A stretch of 64,000 nt of DNA from Eledone cirrhosa (lineage: Eukaryota): positions 256,246,001 through 256,310,000 of the forward strand of contig OZ024743.1 in assembly GCA_964016885.1 (NCBI GenBank), in the 5' to 3' direction. Under the pieces are notes generated by a model. That model saw nothing but the letters and a program-made list of their open reading frames with translations, ran no database searches and was not told the DNA's origin. The position numbers and the translations under genes were made by a program. Below are positions 1 to 14,425 of the stretch, piece by piece; the stretch's first letter is position 1, and each line of letters starts with the position of its first letter.

Positions 1-729
1 TGTACTGTCAGCTGGAATCATTTGAACCTGGGTCTTTATATATATATGCATATTAAAAGTGGACAAATGTTGAAATATTTTTATACTGTTCTCACTATTA
101 TTTTTTATGTAATATTTTGTTGCTGTGCTTTTCTTGAGAGGGTGGGAGGTTATAGTCTCTGCAGTCTCTGTTAGATAGTCAGGTGATTGAACTGGTACAC
201 TTAGTTGTGAGTGATTGTTTTTTTTTGGGGGGGGGGGGGGTGTTATTGTGACCTTAACCTCGTATATTTTGTCAGAACCTTGAAAGAGGGAGAAAGGAAG
301 GGGGAAGAGAAAAAAATATCCTGAAACTAGAAAGCTACCTTGAATTTTTGTGACAGAATGAACTCTGCTAAATATCTGATGTAAGTTAAAGGCAGCTGTA
401 AGGAGGTGGGTGTTGACAATGGGAAGAATATGTAAAACATTAGCACTAAAGTGGCATACTCTTTCATTTAACACACACAAACATACACACAGAGAATTAC
501 ACAAACACATATTTACAAACAGATACACATATACACAAGTATATATACGAAAATACACACATATATATACATATATACATATGCATGTATATACATACAC
601 ACATACACCTATAAAACACACACATATATACACCTACATACATAACACACACACACATATATGTATGTATCATTTTCAGCATTTGCCATTTTAAGGCTGT
701 TTTCCACTATGTGTGTATATACGTGTGTG

Positions 730-772
<43 letters not shown>

Positions 773-1490
773 TTCTTTACTATATGTGTGTATATAATAT
801 GTAAATATGTATGCTTTCTTGTGGCAATGGATGATACAACATTAGGAGAATTTTATACCCTCTCCTGTAGCTAATATTTATGGTAGAAAGGATGAGAACA
901 CAAAAAAAGAAGAAGAAGATGAACAACAGCATGAGGGGGGGGGGTGACAAAAAAGAAGGATGACAAGGAGGAGCCAGTAAAAACACAGATAGTGTTTCTT
1001 TCTATACAAATGTTCCTTCTTTCTTCCTCACTATCATCCACCCCATACCTCCATACTGATTTCCTTCCAGCTGACAGCTCATGAATAAATCAGCTCTTGT
1101 TTTAAGGAGAAGCAGAGAAACATTCTTACAGGAAGTGGTTAAGCATGCTTTATTTCACCAATGTTAAAAACATCACGCAAGGAAAATAACAATAAAAAAT
1201 GAAGCAGAAAATGCACACAAGGAGCAAACAAACAAACAAACATGATATTAAATGAAAAGAATCAGAGTAAGGGGTAGAAAGAAAGAACTTGTTTACATTC
1301 CCCATGTCAGGAATGTTTCCACTAAAGATCAGGATCTTGGAGAGTGTAAAAATCACATTTAGAAAATATCTACCTATTATTGTTCTTCTTGTTGTTATAG
1401 CTATAATATGAAGTGTTTGTGACATTCCCTTGCATAATATTGTTTTTTTAACGATTTCCTTTTTCTTCTTCATTCTGATTGTTATTGTTA

Positions 1491-1552
<62 letters not shown>

Positions 1553-1588
1553 TTATATGTGATATCAACACCGTGGTATGAACACACA

Positions 1589-1624
<36 letters not shown>

Positions 1625-1675
1625 GGAAAATAGTAAAATCGAATCTCTGGTAGTTTGCAAGTAAATTCGTCCTAC

Positions 1676-1735
<60 letters not shown>

Positions 1736-1760
1736 CACACATTCACACACATATATGTAT

Positions 1761-1808
<48 letters not shown>

Positions 1809-1971
1809 CATCATCATCATCATCATCATTTCACATCCGCTTTTCCCTGCTTGCAAAGGTGGACGGGAGCTGATTCTGGCTTGATTTCTACAGCTGGATG
1901 CCCTTCCTAACACCAACCTCATTTACAGTGAGTGTTAGGTGCTTTTTTTTCCTGGGAGCTTCCAACAGTAA

Positions 1972-2212
1972 TGGTTGCATTCTTTAAGGGTATGTCAATA
2001 TTTATTTATAAAACTGCTCTATATTATATATTTTATCTGATGAAAGCACACCATAATTTAACTTGGTGTCCTTGAAATCTGTATAATGAAATAAATATGG
2101 TTTTATAAATATAGTTTCCATTTGTTAATATCGTATTTTTACTCCAATTATTTGTTGAGTGCTTTATATCAGTTATATAAATATTTGCTTGTTGTATCCC
2201 AACAATTTAAAT
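1972..2212 (+). mobile_element. Solo PLE pseudo-LTR fragment (family of 27290-27612 and 29593-29845)
   Basis: High similarity to the terminal repeat of the GIY-YIG element at 27270-29845; contains an HHR. Confidence 0.75.
2030..2092 (+). ncRNA. Type I hammerhead ribozyme (minimal helix III)
   Basis: attttat-CTGATGA-aagcacacca..tggtgtcctt-GAAA-tctgta-TA-atgaaat; helices I and II pair. Confidence 0.7.
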
Positions 2213-3749
2213 AGAACTTTTACATATATATATATAATATATAAAATATATATATATTATATATATATTAAATATATTATATATATTATATATATATATA
2301 TACACACAGACACACATATATGCATATCTGCAGACATATATTTATATATATATAAACATATATACATGTATATATATATATGTGTGTGTATGTGTGTGTG
2401 TGTATGTATGTGTGTGTGTGTATGTATATATATATTTATTCTTATTATTATTATATGTGACATCATCACATATATTTTATTTATTCATATTAGAATGTAT
2501 CTCACGCAAACCAACAAAAAACATTTGCTAATTCAATCCTCTCTAACATATGATACTACCTACAACTATATCTCTTTATTAGAATATTCTATAAACTTTT
2601 CATTGTTAAACCCTGTATATCACCAAAGAAACATGTAAATATTTACTAGCAGTTAGTATGTTGTAGAGACTGACAAGATTGGCAAATAGGATCTTTCATG
2701 AAGGTGTGACGATAAATGTGTGAATTTAGTCTAGCTGAATATTTGTACTCAATATTAATCATATTTCACCACTATTTTCAGCATTGTTGGAACATTAGAT
2801 AGAATAATTTGCAGTATTCAATCCAGCTCTCTGCAAACTGTGTACAAATCTTGGTAGGGTCATATTTGTCTTTCATTCATTTGCATTTGATAAATGAAGT
2901 AACAGTTGGTACTGGGAGTGATTCTTCTTCAGTATTTCGCTCTCACTTCCTCTCTATAACACTCTCTTTTTCTTTGGAAGAAATCAACTGTGTTACCTAG
3001 TGAGGGATGGGTTCCAGTAGGTTTTCAATGTCTCTATGGCACCCTTATGAATCCATCAGGAATTACAGGTCCATACATACATTTCATCATTTCTAAAGCT
3101 GTCGAAATATTTTAGTAATTAACACTCTTCCTTCGTTATGTCCAAGACAAAAATATTGTTGGTTTACTGTGAAGAATATGTTACTGTATATTGTGTTACA
3201 CATTTTTTTAGTTTGAATTATTTTTTTTTACTTTGCTGTTAATTGATGCATTACAAATCTAAAACACCTCTATTCATTGTGTTCTTGCAATAAACAAGTA
3301 GTTTATAACTTCAATTCCTGTTGTCGATTTTTTGTAAAAAGCAATATCTCTTCCGTGACTATATTTCTAATTAAATCCACTGTATTTAGATTAATTAATC
3401 AAGAATTTAGTAGTATTTACTAAACTTATTAATTATTTTATTTTTAAGATGGTTTTCATAACAATAACTTAACAGAATGTTACTCTAATCAACACACAGT
3501 CTAGGATCTTACAATTGTATTTCTAATTCAATACACTGTATTTAAATTAATTAATGAAGAATTTAGAGGGATTTACTAAATTTGTTAATTATTTCATTAC
3601 TAAAATGGTACTCATAACATAAAAGGATCCTATATGAAATTATGTTTGGACAATTTGAATTTGAATAGGAAAGCTTTTAAGAGGGTTGTTTTGATTCATA
3701 GTACCTCAGGTAGATTTGAGTGGGTGGGTTGATACATTCTTCTTTGCCT

Positions 3750-4110
3750 ACCTATTCCTGGGAGGACATGGGGACAGAGTCTACAAGCACAACGTCCAGG
3801 CAGCCCTGTCAGGAGCAGCTGTCATCGCTTGATCCAGCTGGATCCTTAAGCAAGACAAGCCAAGCTCATGGATGTTATCCAACCATATTGCTCGAGGTCT
3901 ACACCTGAGCCTCCTGCCAGTTTTTTTGCCCATAAAATTTGTCTAGCAATTCTTTCCTCAAACATTTTAACCACATGCCAGTTGTATCATAGTTGTGATC
4001 TCTCCATTCAGAGAAGTAGACGTTCTACCTGGAGGGATTCTCTGACTATGCACTCTATCAAGAAACATTACTCCAAAGACCCTTCAGAGGGACCACATTT
4101 TAACTGCTTG
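3750..4110 (-). mobile_element. RTE-clade (Expander/Rex3-like) LINE 3' fragment, degenerate
   Basis: Paralogous to 5090-5480. Confidence 0.55.
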
Positions 4111-4344
4111 TGTTCACATGTGATGGTAGATAAGAGGCTGAATTAAGTGCAAGAATTGTAGGGACTGGTGAACATCACACTCACAAGCCATAATTCTGCA
4201 CCTATTTTACTTCAGGATACCAATTAACAGAATGAGGTACTCTGACAAAAGCACTTTCTAGATCAATAAAAGCTAAATATAGCAGCTTATTCTTGGTTAG
4301 AAACTTCTATTGTAGTTGTCTCACTAGGAAGAGGACATGTGTAG

Positions 4345-4570
4345 TACTTTTCCCAGGCATAAAACTGAACTGTATCTCGTCTAATTTGACTCTTTCCCTA
4401 ATTAGCTGCACTTTAACTTTTTCCCATCACTTTCATAACTTGGTCTATTAGTTTTATTCCTCTGTAATTGTTCCTTTCTAGAGTACCAACTTTATTTTTG
4501 TAACAATTTATGATTGTACTACTGTGCCGGTCACTGTGTATGACTCCATCCCTTATTACCTGATTGACTA
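4345..4570 (-). mobile_element. RTE LINE RT fragment
   Basis: Similar to 8135-8380 (YRGIKL..QVMKV..QFGF.PGKSTT region). Confidence 0.65.
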
Positions 4571-5089
4571 TGTATTTTACTAGTTTGGCTTCGCTTTAGT
4601 AAACTAAGTTTATATAACAGGAGATATATGTTATAATGTCTGTAAGATAGTTAACACTTTATACTATACAGTACTTTAGAACAAACCTATAAGTTTTAAC
4701 CATCAGCGCATGTGTAAACTAATTAGTATTACATAGAATCATTTCACAACCATACAGTTTATACAACATCACTGTGAATCAAAACAGAGGGACTCGGCTG
4801 GATTACAGTTTTAAACATCATTATGTTTTCTTCATTTAAGCAGTTACTCACAATTAACCAATCAATATGAAATTATATTTAAACAAGGCACATTGAGCTG
4901 AATTATATGCACATTCTTGACAATTCCATTCAATAAATTACTTTATATACTCATGCATAAACTGATCCAAATATATGGCGACACCTTCCATTCTATCATC
5001 AAATATGTTTCTCTATTTATACACGAGGTGTTATGAAAAGCAAGTTAATAATTTAGAAAGTTAGTCAATCTACTAAATTCCTCCAAATG

Positions 5090-5720
5090 TTTCTTCTTCT
5101 TCTTCTCCCCCTCCTTCTTTGCCCTCTTATTTCTGAGAAGGTCGCAGAGGGTAGAATCCTTCCAGCAGGTCCTATTAGAAGCAACCATCTCCAACTGATC
5201 TGGCTGGATTCCCAAGTGAGACCAGCTTAGCTCATGGATGTTATCCAACCACCTTGCTCAGGGTCTATGCCTGGATCTCCTGCCAGTTGGTTTTGCCCAT
5301 AAAATGTGTCAAGCGATTCTTGCATGAGACATTCTAACCACGTGCCTGTAGTATCAGAGTTGTGATCTCTCAATTCAGAGAAGTAGCAGCTCTACTTCTA
5401 GTGGCCTTCTGATCACCGAGCTATGTTATTCAAAAGACCCTTCGGAGGAACCCCATTTCAGCTGCCTGCGTTTGTGATCATATTCTTTTGGTCATTACCT
5501 AAGATTCGGGAGCATAAGTAAGAGTTGGCATGAATACCGAATTAATGATAGGAATTTGGGATTTTACACCCACCTCCTTGCTTCTAATTACTGACTGCTG
5601 AAGCTAATGCATTACTGCACCAGCTCCTATAATTCTTGCACTTAATTCAGCCTCCTGCCTTCCATCACTCATGAATATGATTCCAAGATACTTGAACTTC
5701 TCTACCTGCTTCAGTGGAAC
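5090..5720 (-). mobile_element. RTE-clade (Expander/Rex3-like) LINE 3' fragment
   Basis: Translates to ..DNIHELSWSHLGIQPDQLEMVASNRTCW.., typical RTE C-terminus; (AAG)n-like tail. Confidence 0.6.
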
Positions 5721-6039
5721 TCCATTCACATCTAGAGTGCACTGCACAGGCTTTCTTGAAAGAATGAAATCCTGGTTTTTTCAAATGCTTTGAACATTTC
5801 AAATTAATTGAAATACATTGAAAGTGTATTTCTTTAGAAAGGTTTAAGTGGCTGAGATTAAAAGACTGCCCCACCTCCAAACCGAACATGCAGATTATCT
5901 ATATCCATATTCAATACCCTATTTCATTATATAAAATGGACAAATATTAATGTAAAATAGGAAACAAAATCAAATTTTATTTCTTTCATCATTTGGACAG
6001 AAAGAGCATCTCAAATTGATGGGAGGAATAAAGGTGTCT

Positions 6040-6274
6040 TTAACATCTTTGTTACTATATTTCTAATGAAACATTTTGTATTTAATTAATTAATTAATGA
6101 AGAATTTAGGGAGGATTTTCTAAATTTATTATTTCTTTAAGATGGCATTAGTACCATAACAAAATGTTCATATATGTTTGGAAGGTTTTAATTAAAATAA
6201 TAACCTTTTAATATGAGTGGATTTGTTTCATAGACACAGATTTGGTTTTAAGTGGGTTCGTATCAAAGGGTTAA
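6040..6274. mobile_element. piggyBac-like MITE remnant (related copies ~3350-3700 and 21950-22970)
   Basis: Ends in AAAGGGTTAA; degenerate TTAAC..TTT start; shared internal motif gaagaatttag..atttactaaa. Confidence 0.45.
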
Positions 6275-6571
6275 AATGGAGACATGGCTCAAATGCTTGT
6301 AACAGACTGGATTCTGCTAAAGGCACCCAAAGACGTGGCTGCAGTGGGATTTGAACTCAGAACTTAAAGAGTTGGAGGAAATATGGCAATAGTTCTGCTA
6401 ATACACCTTCTTTGACTGGAACTTTATTTCAGTGACTTCTTACATATACAGTATACAGCTTATCCTTCACTTTCAGTAACTCTCCTCTCCTCATTAGCAC
6501 ACCCCACAATTATCAGAACTTCTTCCCTCCACACATTTCACTGTAGCCTCTAAGGTCACTCAGTGTATATT

Positions 6572-6647
<76 letters not shown>

Positions 6648-7439
6648 CACATATATATATATATAGTAAGAAAATACAGTTTATATGAAACCAATAAATT
6701 TAAAGAGGTGGTGTTGTTAAACAAAACTAAAATACACATCATAACACTATCTGATATTTTCAGTATCTTTTATATTTCACAGCTTTGATCAACTCCTACA
6801 ACTATTTCTAACTATATATTTTTTTCAAAATAAAAAAATTAAATCTTCTAAACCAAATCATAAAAGGTATACTAAAATAAAGTACAAGAAAAGCAACCTT
6901 TTCTTTAAGTTTTTCTTCAACATTATATTTACTTTTCTTTTGATATTTTTAATTTGGTGCATCAATAAAATGTTCCCAATACACTCTTTAAAATGATTAA
7001 CAATTGAATGAAGATAATATAGGACAGAGAATACTGTTCAGTCGTACCAAGAACCTAACAAACTTTCTAGTGCTAGTGCCATGATAAAGTGTGCATAGTA
7101 CAATCTGTAAAGATGTTGGCAGTTGAACAGAAACAATATATGGTAGTATGCCAACCTCTTCAGTGGAGATGCCAAGGTAAAATATTCCCCGAACACTCTG
7201 TAAGAAGGTAGGGCTGATGCCATTATAAAATGCACCCAGTACAGCATGTAAAATGGTTGGTATTCAAAAGAGTCTCCAACCATGGAAACCACACAAGAAT
7301 TTAGAATGCATACTTCAGATGTGGTCTCTCTAACCTGCCTAGTCTCAAACCAAAGCAACCCATCCAACCCATGGGAGAATAGAAAGCAGATGTTGAATGA
7401 TACACAAATATATATATTATATACAATCTGTACAGTAAG

Positions 7440-10072
7440 TATCATCATCATCATTTTACGTCCACTTTTCCCTGCTTGCAAGGGTGGGACGGGTCCTATT
7501 CAGCACAGCATCTCTCCACTTGTCACAGTCCTTCGTCATCTCCACTGTGAGCTTCAGTGATCTGAGGTCTGCTCTCACCACCTCCGCCCATGTTTTTTGT
7601 GGTCTACCTCTACCACGTCATCATTCAACTGGCATTTCCTGGCACTTGTTCATCTCTTTTCTACTCATCAACACTTTTGTCTTAGCTAGGTTCACTCTCA
7701 GTCCTCTTGATTCCAACTGCTGTTTCCATAGCCTGAATCTATTCTCTAACTCCTCTACTGATTCTGCTATAAGAACCAGATCGTCAGCATAGAGAAGTCC
7801 CCATGGACAGCCAGTCTTAAACCCCTCTGTTATGTCTTGGAGGACTATAATTCAACAAGAGCGGGCTGAGGACCGAACCCTGATGTACACCTACTTGTAT
7901 CTGGAATTCCTCGCTAAACTCAATTCATACCCTCACTTTTTCTGACAGCACCTCTGTACAAAGTTTGCATTGTCCTCACAAGCCATTCCTCAACACCTAG
8001 TTTCCTTAGGGACCACCAAGTGACAGATTGGGGTACCCTATCAAAGGCCTTCTCTAGGTCAGCAAAAGCTACGTATAGTGGCTTATTCTTCTCTAAGAAC
8101 CTCTATTGTAATTGTCCCACCCAGAAGAGGGCATCTGTTGTACTTTTCCCAGGCACAAAACCAAACTGCATCTCATCTCGTTTGACCCTTTCTCTAATTA
8201 GTTGTGCTAATATCCTTTCTGCCACTTTCATAACCTGATCCATCAGTTTTATACCCCTATAATTGCTCCTCTCCAGAGCATCCCCTTTACCTTTGTAGCA
8301 ATTTATGAGAATACTGCTGCACCAGTCTTTGGGTATGACACCGCCATATATAACCTGATCGATCATGCGTGCAACCAGTTTAGTGCCTATGTCCCCTGAT
8401 GCCTTCAGCATCTGAGCAACTATCCCTGACGGTCAAGCGGCTTTACCATTTTATTTCCTTAATCGCCTCTTGGATCTTATATTCGTCAATCTCAATAGCT
8501 GGTCCCTCTGTCGGATCTACTGAGGGTAGTTTCTCTCTCCCATTCGTTCTCCACATTCATCAGTCTCTCATAATGACATTTCCAGGCCTCCTTTTTCTGA
8601 TCATTCGTGACACTAAGTACACTGGCATCATTCCGGACACATTTATCTCCAACAACATCCTGATTTGCATTGACACACTGCCTTGCAATGTGGAACACCT
8701 CACATTTCTGATCTTCCCGTCGCAGAGCATTGGTTAACCTCTTACTCTCAGCCTCCCTGCATGCTAAATACACCTGACATCTAGCTTCTCTCTTAGTGGC
8801 TGTATATCCTTCCCTACTCCCACCCTTTTTCCCAGCCTTCCATGCTAGCCTTTTGTCTCTAATGCCCCTATCTACCGTGCTGTTCCACCACCAGGTCACT
8901 CTCTGTCTGGTTGGATCTCTGCTCCAGCCACAAGTTTCATCAGTAGCCTGCAGTAAGATGTCACATAAGAAACTCCAGTTACCATCTATGTCATACGACT
9001 CTAAATCACCTTCTTTTTCATCATACACATCTTGAAGGGCTTTCCTAAATGTGTATTTTAGTGAAACGTCTTTTAGCTTCCAGAACTCTCTTCACACCTT
9101 CCTGTATGTCTCATTCCATCTCTTGCTTACTGAGATATCACTAACGACTAACCTATGCTGTGGGGTACATTCTTCCCCAGGGTATGCCTTGGTATTTGAC
9201 ACCATCTGCCTGTCTAGCTGCCTAATTAGTAAGAAGACAATCTGGCTTATGTGCTCACCTGATTTGTAGGTTATTAGGTGGTTGGCAGGTTTCTGGAAGT
9301 TAGTGTTGCAAATAGTCAATGTACTTGCATCACAAAATTCAAGAATTCTCACTCCTTTTTCATTTCTTGAGCCGTAACCGTGCCCACCATGTACCCTAGT
9401 GTAACCATCCTGGAGCTGTCCAACATGACCATTGAAGTCTCCTGCTTGCATAATGATGTCTCCGTCCTCTGTCATTGCGGCTGTTTGTAAAAGTTGCTCA
9501 TAAAAGCAGTCTTTCTCTTCTTTACCTAGGCTTGCTTGGGGAGCATAGGCCGAGTTGATTGTCAGTAGTCTCCTGCCTACAATTAATCTAAGTTTAATTA
9601 TTCGATTATTAACTCAAACTACCTCTATTGTCTTATCAATCCATCTCTCAGCCAGGAAAATGCCTACTCCCCCTAACCCATCATCCTTACCTACCCAGAA
9701 AAGCTTATAACTAAGATGTTTGCCTGCAATTCGTCTCACAGAGGCACCTCTCCATCTCACCTCTTGCATGCAGCACACATCCACATGTCTTCTCTCCAGC
9801 CTTTCTGCTATTTCACCAGAACTACCAACATTAAGTGTTGCAACTCTGAGATGCGACGTCTTCATATTTTTGTTCCTTTTCCTGTAGTGTGATTGCTTGA
9901 AGACGGTCAGGGGATTCTCGCACTTGGCCTCACCAGCCACCCCACTACTGTGCGCAGCGCTAACATGGTTAGTGTTATTGCTGTTTACGCAGTCATTGCG
10001 ATATATATTTGTTGCTGGGCTCATAATTGTTTTGGTATTAATACACTGGTTGGATGCCCTTCCTAACACCAA
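7440..10072 (-). mobile_element. RTE-clade LINE, near full length, frameshifted, with internal deletion
   Basis: APE endonuclease motifs (LRVATLNVGS, CCMQEVRW, AGDFNGHVG, QHRLVV); RT motifs (YRGIKLM, QFGFVPGKSTTDA, YADDL); GRGRPQKTW C-terminus joined at ~7665; (GAT)n tail. Confidence 0.92.
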
Positions 10073-10969
10073 GTATATACATATATATTCTATTTATTAT
10101 GCACAAAGAAAATTACTATATAATTACTTAGATACCACCATTAATGTTAAATATAGTGACCATGTATCATTCATGAACCTCCCCTACACATGTACACTCA
10201 TCTGTTGCAGGCTGTGAACAGAATTGTTAGGATATTGGAAAGGTTACCTTGCAGTATTTGTTCTGGTTCTCTGTGTTATAACTTCAAATTACCTTGAGTG
10301 GTAGTATTAATCTGTTGCCTGGTTTAAAACTTTTTTACTTTATTGCAAGCTTTCATGACAAGTCTTTGATTTGAGGACAATTTCCTCTCTCCTAGCAGTC
10401 TTGGAGGTCCTGAAAAGGGTCTTGGAGACTGTATTCCCCACCCTCACAAACAAGAGAGGAATGTGAAAGCAAAACAGTTTGATAGACTACAATCAGTGAC
10501 CCTAACCATTACAGATATTGCAATAAAATCATTCTACCTACCACAGAGAGTGACTTGTTCAGTCAATACAATATAGAATATCATTTAACATTTTACCAAA
10601 CTAAATGATAAATGTGAAATGGACCTTATCAGAGAAACACAATGTTGTATTTATATAAATGGGAAGCAGTGAAGTGGCAATAGATGGTTTTTATATCAGT
10701 TCAAAAGTGTCACTTAAAAATGTAAAACTTTTAGTAAAACTATCCATAACATCCGTCAGCGTGTAGTTTATTATGACACCAGGAAGACAGTAGAGTGTCA
10801 ATTTGTGTGTTGTACAAAGTAGAATAACTATAGATGTGTTAGAAAATAGTATAGATATTGTGTGTTATATAAAGTTGTGTAGGTACTGTGTTGTAAAGAA
10901 TGCTGTAAGTGTTAGATATAGTATAAAATGATGTTGATTTTGCTTCCTGTATACACACACACATATATG

Positions 10970-11034
<65 letters not shown>

Positions 11035-11036
11035 GC

Positions 11037-11109
<73 letters not shown>

Positions 11110-11132
11110 CATATATGCATACACACACAACC

Positions 11133-11195
<63 letters not shown>

Positions 11196-11693
11196 CATAC
11201 TAGTGTAGATGTTGTATTGCAAGACTCATTCATTATTCATCGATAAATCTGTCATTTCATCTTGACAACATAGACAGGCTGATCTGAATGATACCTTCAT
11301 TGATTTTCTGCTTTCTTTGATGCTTTATTAACATTATTATCCCCACCTCCCTGCTCTTTGTATCTTTTTTCTTTCTTTGTATTTTAAAAATATGCTTCAC
11401 GCTTGAATATATCTACTGGTTTTACATATATACACAAGAGCAAATACAAACACACATTCATACATGTACATGTATTTATATATTCGAGATATATATCTGT
11501 TAAACATACAATGCTGTATCATTTTGATGTATAAATAAATTATCATTAAGTGCTCAACATGACTTGGAGGCCAGGAGTTTCGTGTTTATCGGTTCTGATA
11601 TAGATTCACAGCTACTATCAAATATATATCATTCTACTGAGTTTTGTTTCTCCTGTTTGCATAGCCAAACCAAAAATAATATACATACAACCC

Positions 11694-11735
<42 letters not shown>

Positions 11736-12036
11736 TATAAATGTGTGCATAATATATGGGATGTTTATGAAAAATATATGGATGTCTTTTATTATGAATG
11801 TTAAGGTTGTGATGATCGCCACATACCTAGCTTCAGCATAAACAGAGGAAAGTAATCGAGGTTGCAATTGTTTCTCACTCATAAGTGTTTATCAAGATTA
11901 GATATTTCCCTGCCTTTGCTGAAGCTAAAAAAGCTAGATTTTTATATAATTCTGCCTATGTTATTAGTGAAAGGCTTCCAAAAGTTTTTCATAATTTATA
12001 TGTATATTGTTATGTGGGATCACCAATACAAATATG

Positions 12037-12116
<80 letters not shown>

Positions 12117-12119
<3 letters not shown>

Positions 12120-13100
12120 TCATCATCATCGTCGTTTAACATCTATCTTCCACACTAGCATGGGTTAGACAGGTGTTGTCCCACTTGAGGCAAGATTGGT
12201 CAGTTGACCATGTCTCGCTCATATAGGACTATCTGGCAGGTTTTCTACGGCTGGATGTCCTTCCTAACACCAACCACATTTACAGTGTGGACTGGGAACT
12301 TTTTACCATGTCACCTACAAGGGCACATTACAGCGTGAACTGTGTGTTTTTTTGTCGAGTCACCTACACGATTTCGATCTCGATCTCAATTCATTTTCTC
12401 ATTTGTTTGGACTGGATGTTGTGGCATCAACATAATTTTACAGAGAAAGGGTGGTGTTGGTGGGAGAGGGTGGGTGGAGTAGGGGTAGTGGGTTGGGGTG
12501 TATATTTGGTTAAGAGGTGCCTACTGACTGTAGGTTTCGCTTTGTATATAGGCATGGCGGGTCTTCTGTATTACTGTGTTGCGCCAAAGATATCGGTCCA
12601 GTGACATTGTCTTAGAGAGGTGTAAGTGTGTAAGGTTGGAATTTATGAGATCGTCCCAGGTTTTTCTGGGTCTACCTACTCCGTAACTTCCATCAATTTT
12701 GATCGCCCTGCACTTTTTTATACAGCTGTCATCTTTCATGCGCATCACGTGGCCATGCCAACGTAGTCTCCTCTCAAGTAAACAGCATCTGATCCCTCTT
12801 ATTCCTAATTTCTCACTTAGTTCATTTATGCTTTGCCGTTCTCGTATATTACTATTACACATCCAACGGAGCATGCATGCTTCATTCTTCACCAGTCTGT
12901 GCAGATGCTCTGCACACAATGCCCATGTCTCACTGCCATGTAACATTGCTGTTCGTATACAGGCATCATACAATCTGCCTTTCATTTTTAGAGAGAAACC
13001 TTTAGTGGCCAATAGTGGTATAAGCTCACTGAACTTTTTCCATCCCATTCTGACTCTAGCTACTGTACTTTCAGAGCACCCTGCACCACTGCTGATTTTG
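12117..13100 (-). mobile_element. RTE LINE 3' fragment with 3' UTR and (GAT)n tail
   Basis: ORF 12521-13048 (KGRLYDACIRTAMLHGSETW..RRLRWHGHVMR..GRPRKTWD). Confidence 0.9.
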
Positions 13101-13633
13101 TCATATATATATATATATTATGTATATACATACAAGTACACATATACTGGAGTCACTCTATTACTAATCAATAGCCACCCACATATAACCTCAAGGCCAT
13201 ATATGTGCCTGCACAGTTATTATATGTACATCCAAATGTTGGAATCCCTGCCTGTGCCAGTGGGTGCATGTATGTCTATGTCAATGTGTAAGGATGTATG
13301 TGTGTGTGTGTGTGAACCAGTACACATATGCTTATATTTTGTTTGTATATGTACTTGTGCATGTGTTCTGCTAACTATACTGATATGATACACAACATAA
13401 GATATGACCATGGTCAACCAAGTGACTGGTGCAGAAAACACTTAAAGCCAGCCACTCCCAAAAGAGATGGCAAACCCAAATCAATGACACCAAGGCAGAT
13501 TCTGTACACTTCATTCCTCACCATTTCTCATTTTCATTGTCATTTTATTTTATTCTCATTTTCATGTTCCAATTAAACATATACTTCATTACTTCCACTT
13601 TGTATTCACTGTATATCTCTAATATCTAGACAT

Positions 13634-14425
13634 TTGGCAGTATAGGTAGAGCATCGGATAACATGCTTACCGGTATAGAGTTATGGCCCTTTACGTTCTC
13701 AGTTCAAATCCTGCCGAGGTTAACTTTACCTTTCATCCTTACGAGTTCGATAAAATCATGTACCAGTAATGTACTGGAGTCAATTCAATCAACTTTCAAT
13801 TTTCTCAAAATTATGGACCTTCTGTCTAAATCAGAAAAAATTATTATTGTTATTATTAATTGTATTAATAGGGCAGTGGATTGGCAGTATCGGACGCCAT
13901 GCTTTGCAGCATAGAGTTACGGCCCTTTATAATCTTATTTCAAATCTCGCAGAGGTTAACTTTGACTTTCATCCTTACGGGGTCGATAAAATAAAGCACC
14001 AGTAACGTACTGGAGTCAATTTAATCGACTTTCCCCATCTCCTAAATTACTGGCCTTGTGCCTATACGAGAAATCATTAATTGTATTTATAGGGCAGTAG
14101 ATTGGCAGTATCGTAAGGGTTGGACGCCATGCTTTGCAGCATAGAGTTATGGCCCTTTATGATCTGAGTTCAAATCCCACAGAGGTTAACTTCATCCTTA
14201 CGGGGTCAATAAAATAAAGTACCAGTCACGCACTGGAGTCGATTTAATCGACTTTCCCCTCCCGCAAAATTGCTGGCCTTGTGCCTATATAAGAAACAAA
14301 TATTATTTTATCTTCATAGCCATGGTTATATTTTATTGGCCTTTCATCCTTACGGGGTCGATAAAATAAAGTACAAGTAATGCACTAGATAATTGCTGGC
14401 CTTGTGCTAAATGTAGAAACAATTA
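13634..14425 (+). mobile_element. Tandem cluster of ~4 tRNA-derived SINE copies
   Basis: A box tggcagtatcg, B box gttcaaatcc, shared core gcctttcatccttacggggtcgataaaataaagtacc (Meta/MESC-like by recall), (ATT)n tails. Confidence 0.8.

Noticed and set aside
2809-3060. Possible host exon or transposase piece (similarly 26530-27200)
   Set aside because: In-frame stops and no recognisable motif
9910-9955. Pseudoknot near the RTE 5' end (cgcac/gtgcg, gggg/cccc, tggc/gcca) as an HDV-like ribozyme
   Set aside because: No P1.1, P4 or catalytic C; single copy
13634-14425. tRNA genes
   Set aside because: A and B boxes belong to SINE heads; no full cloverleaf
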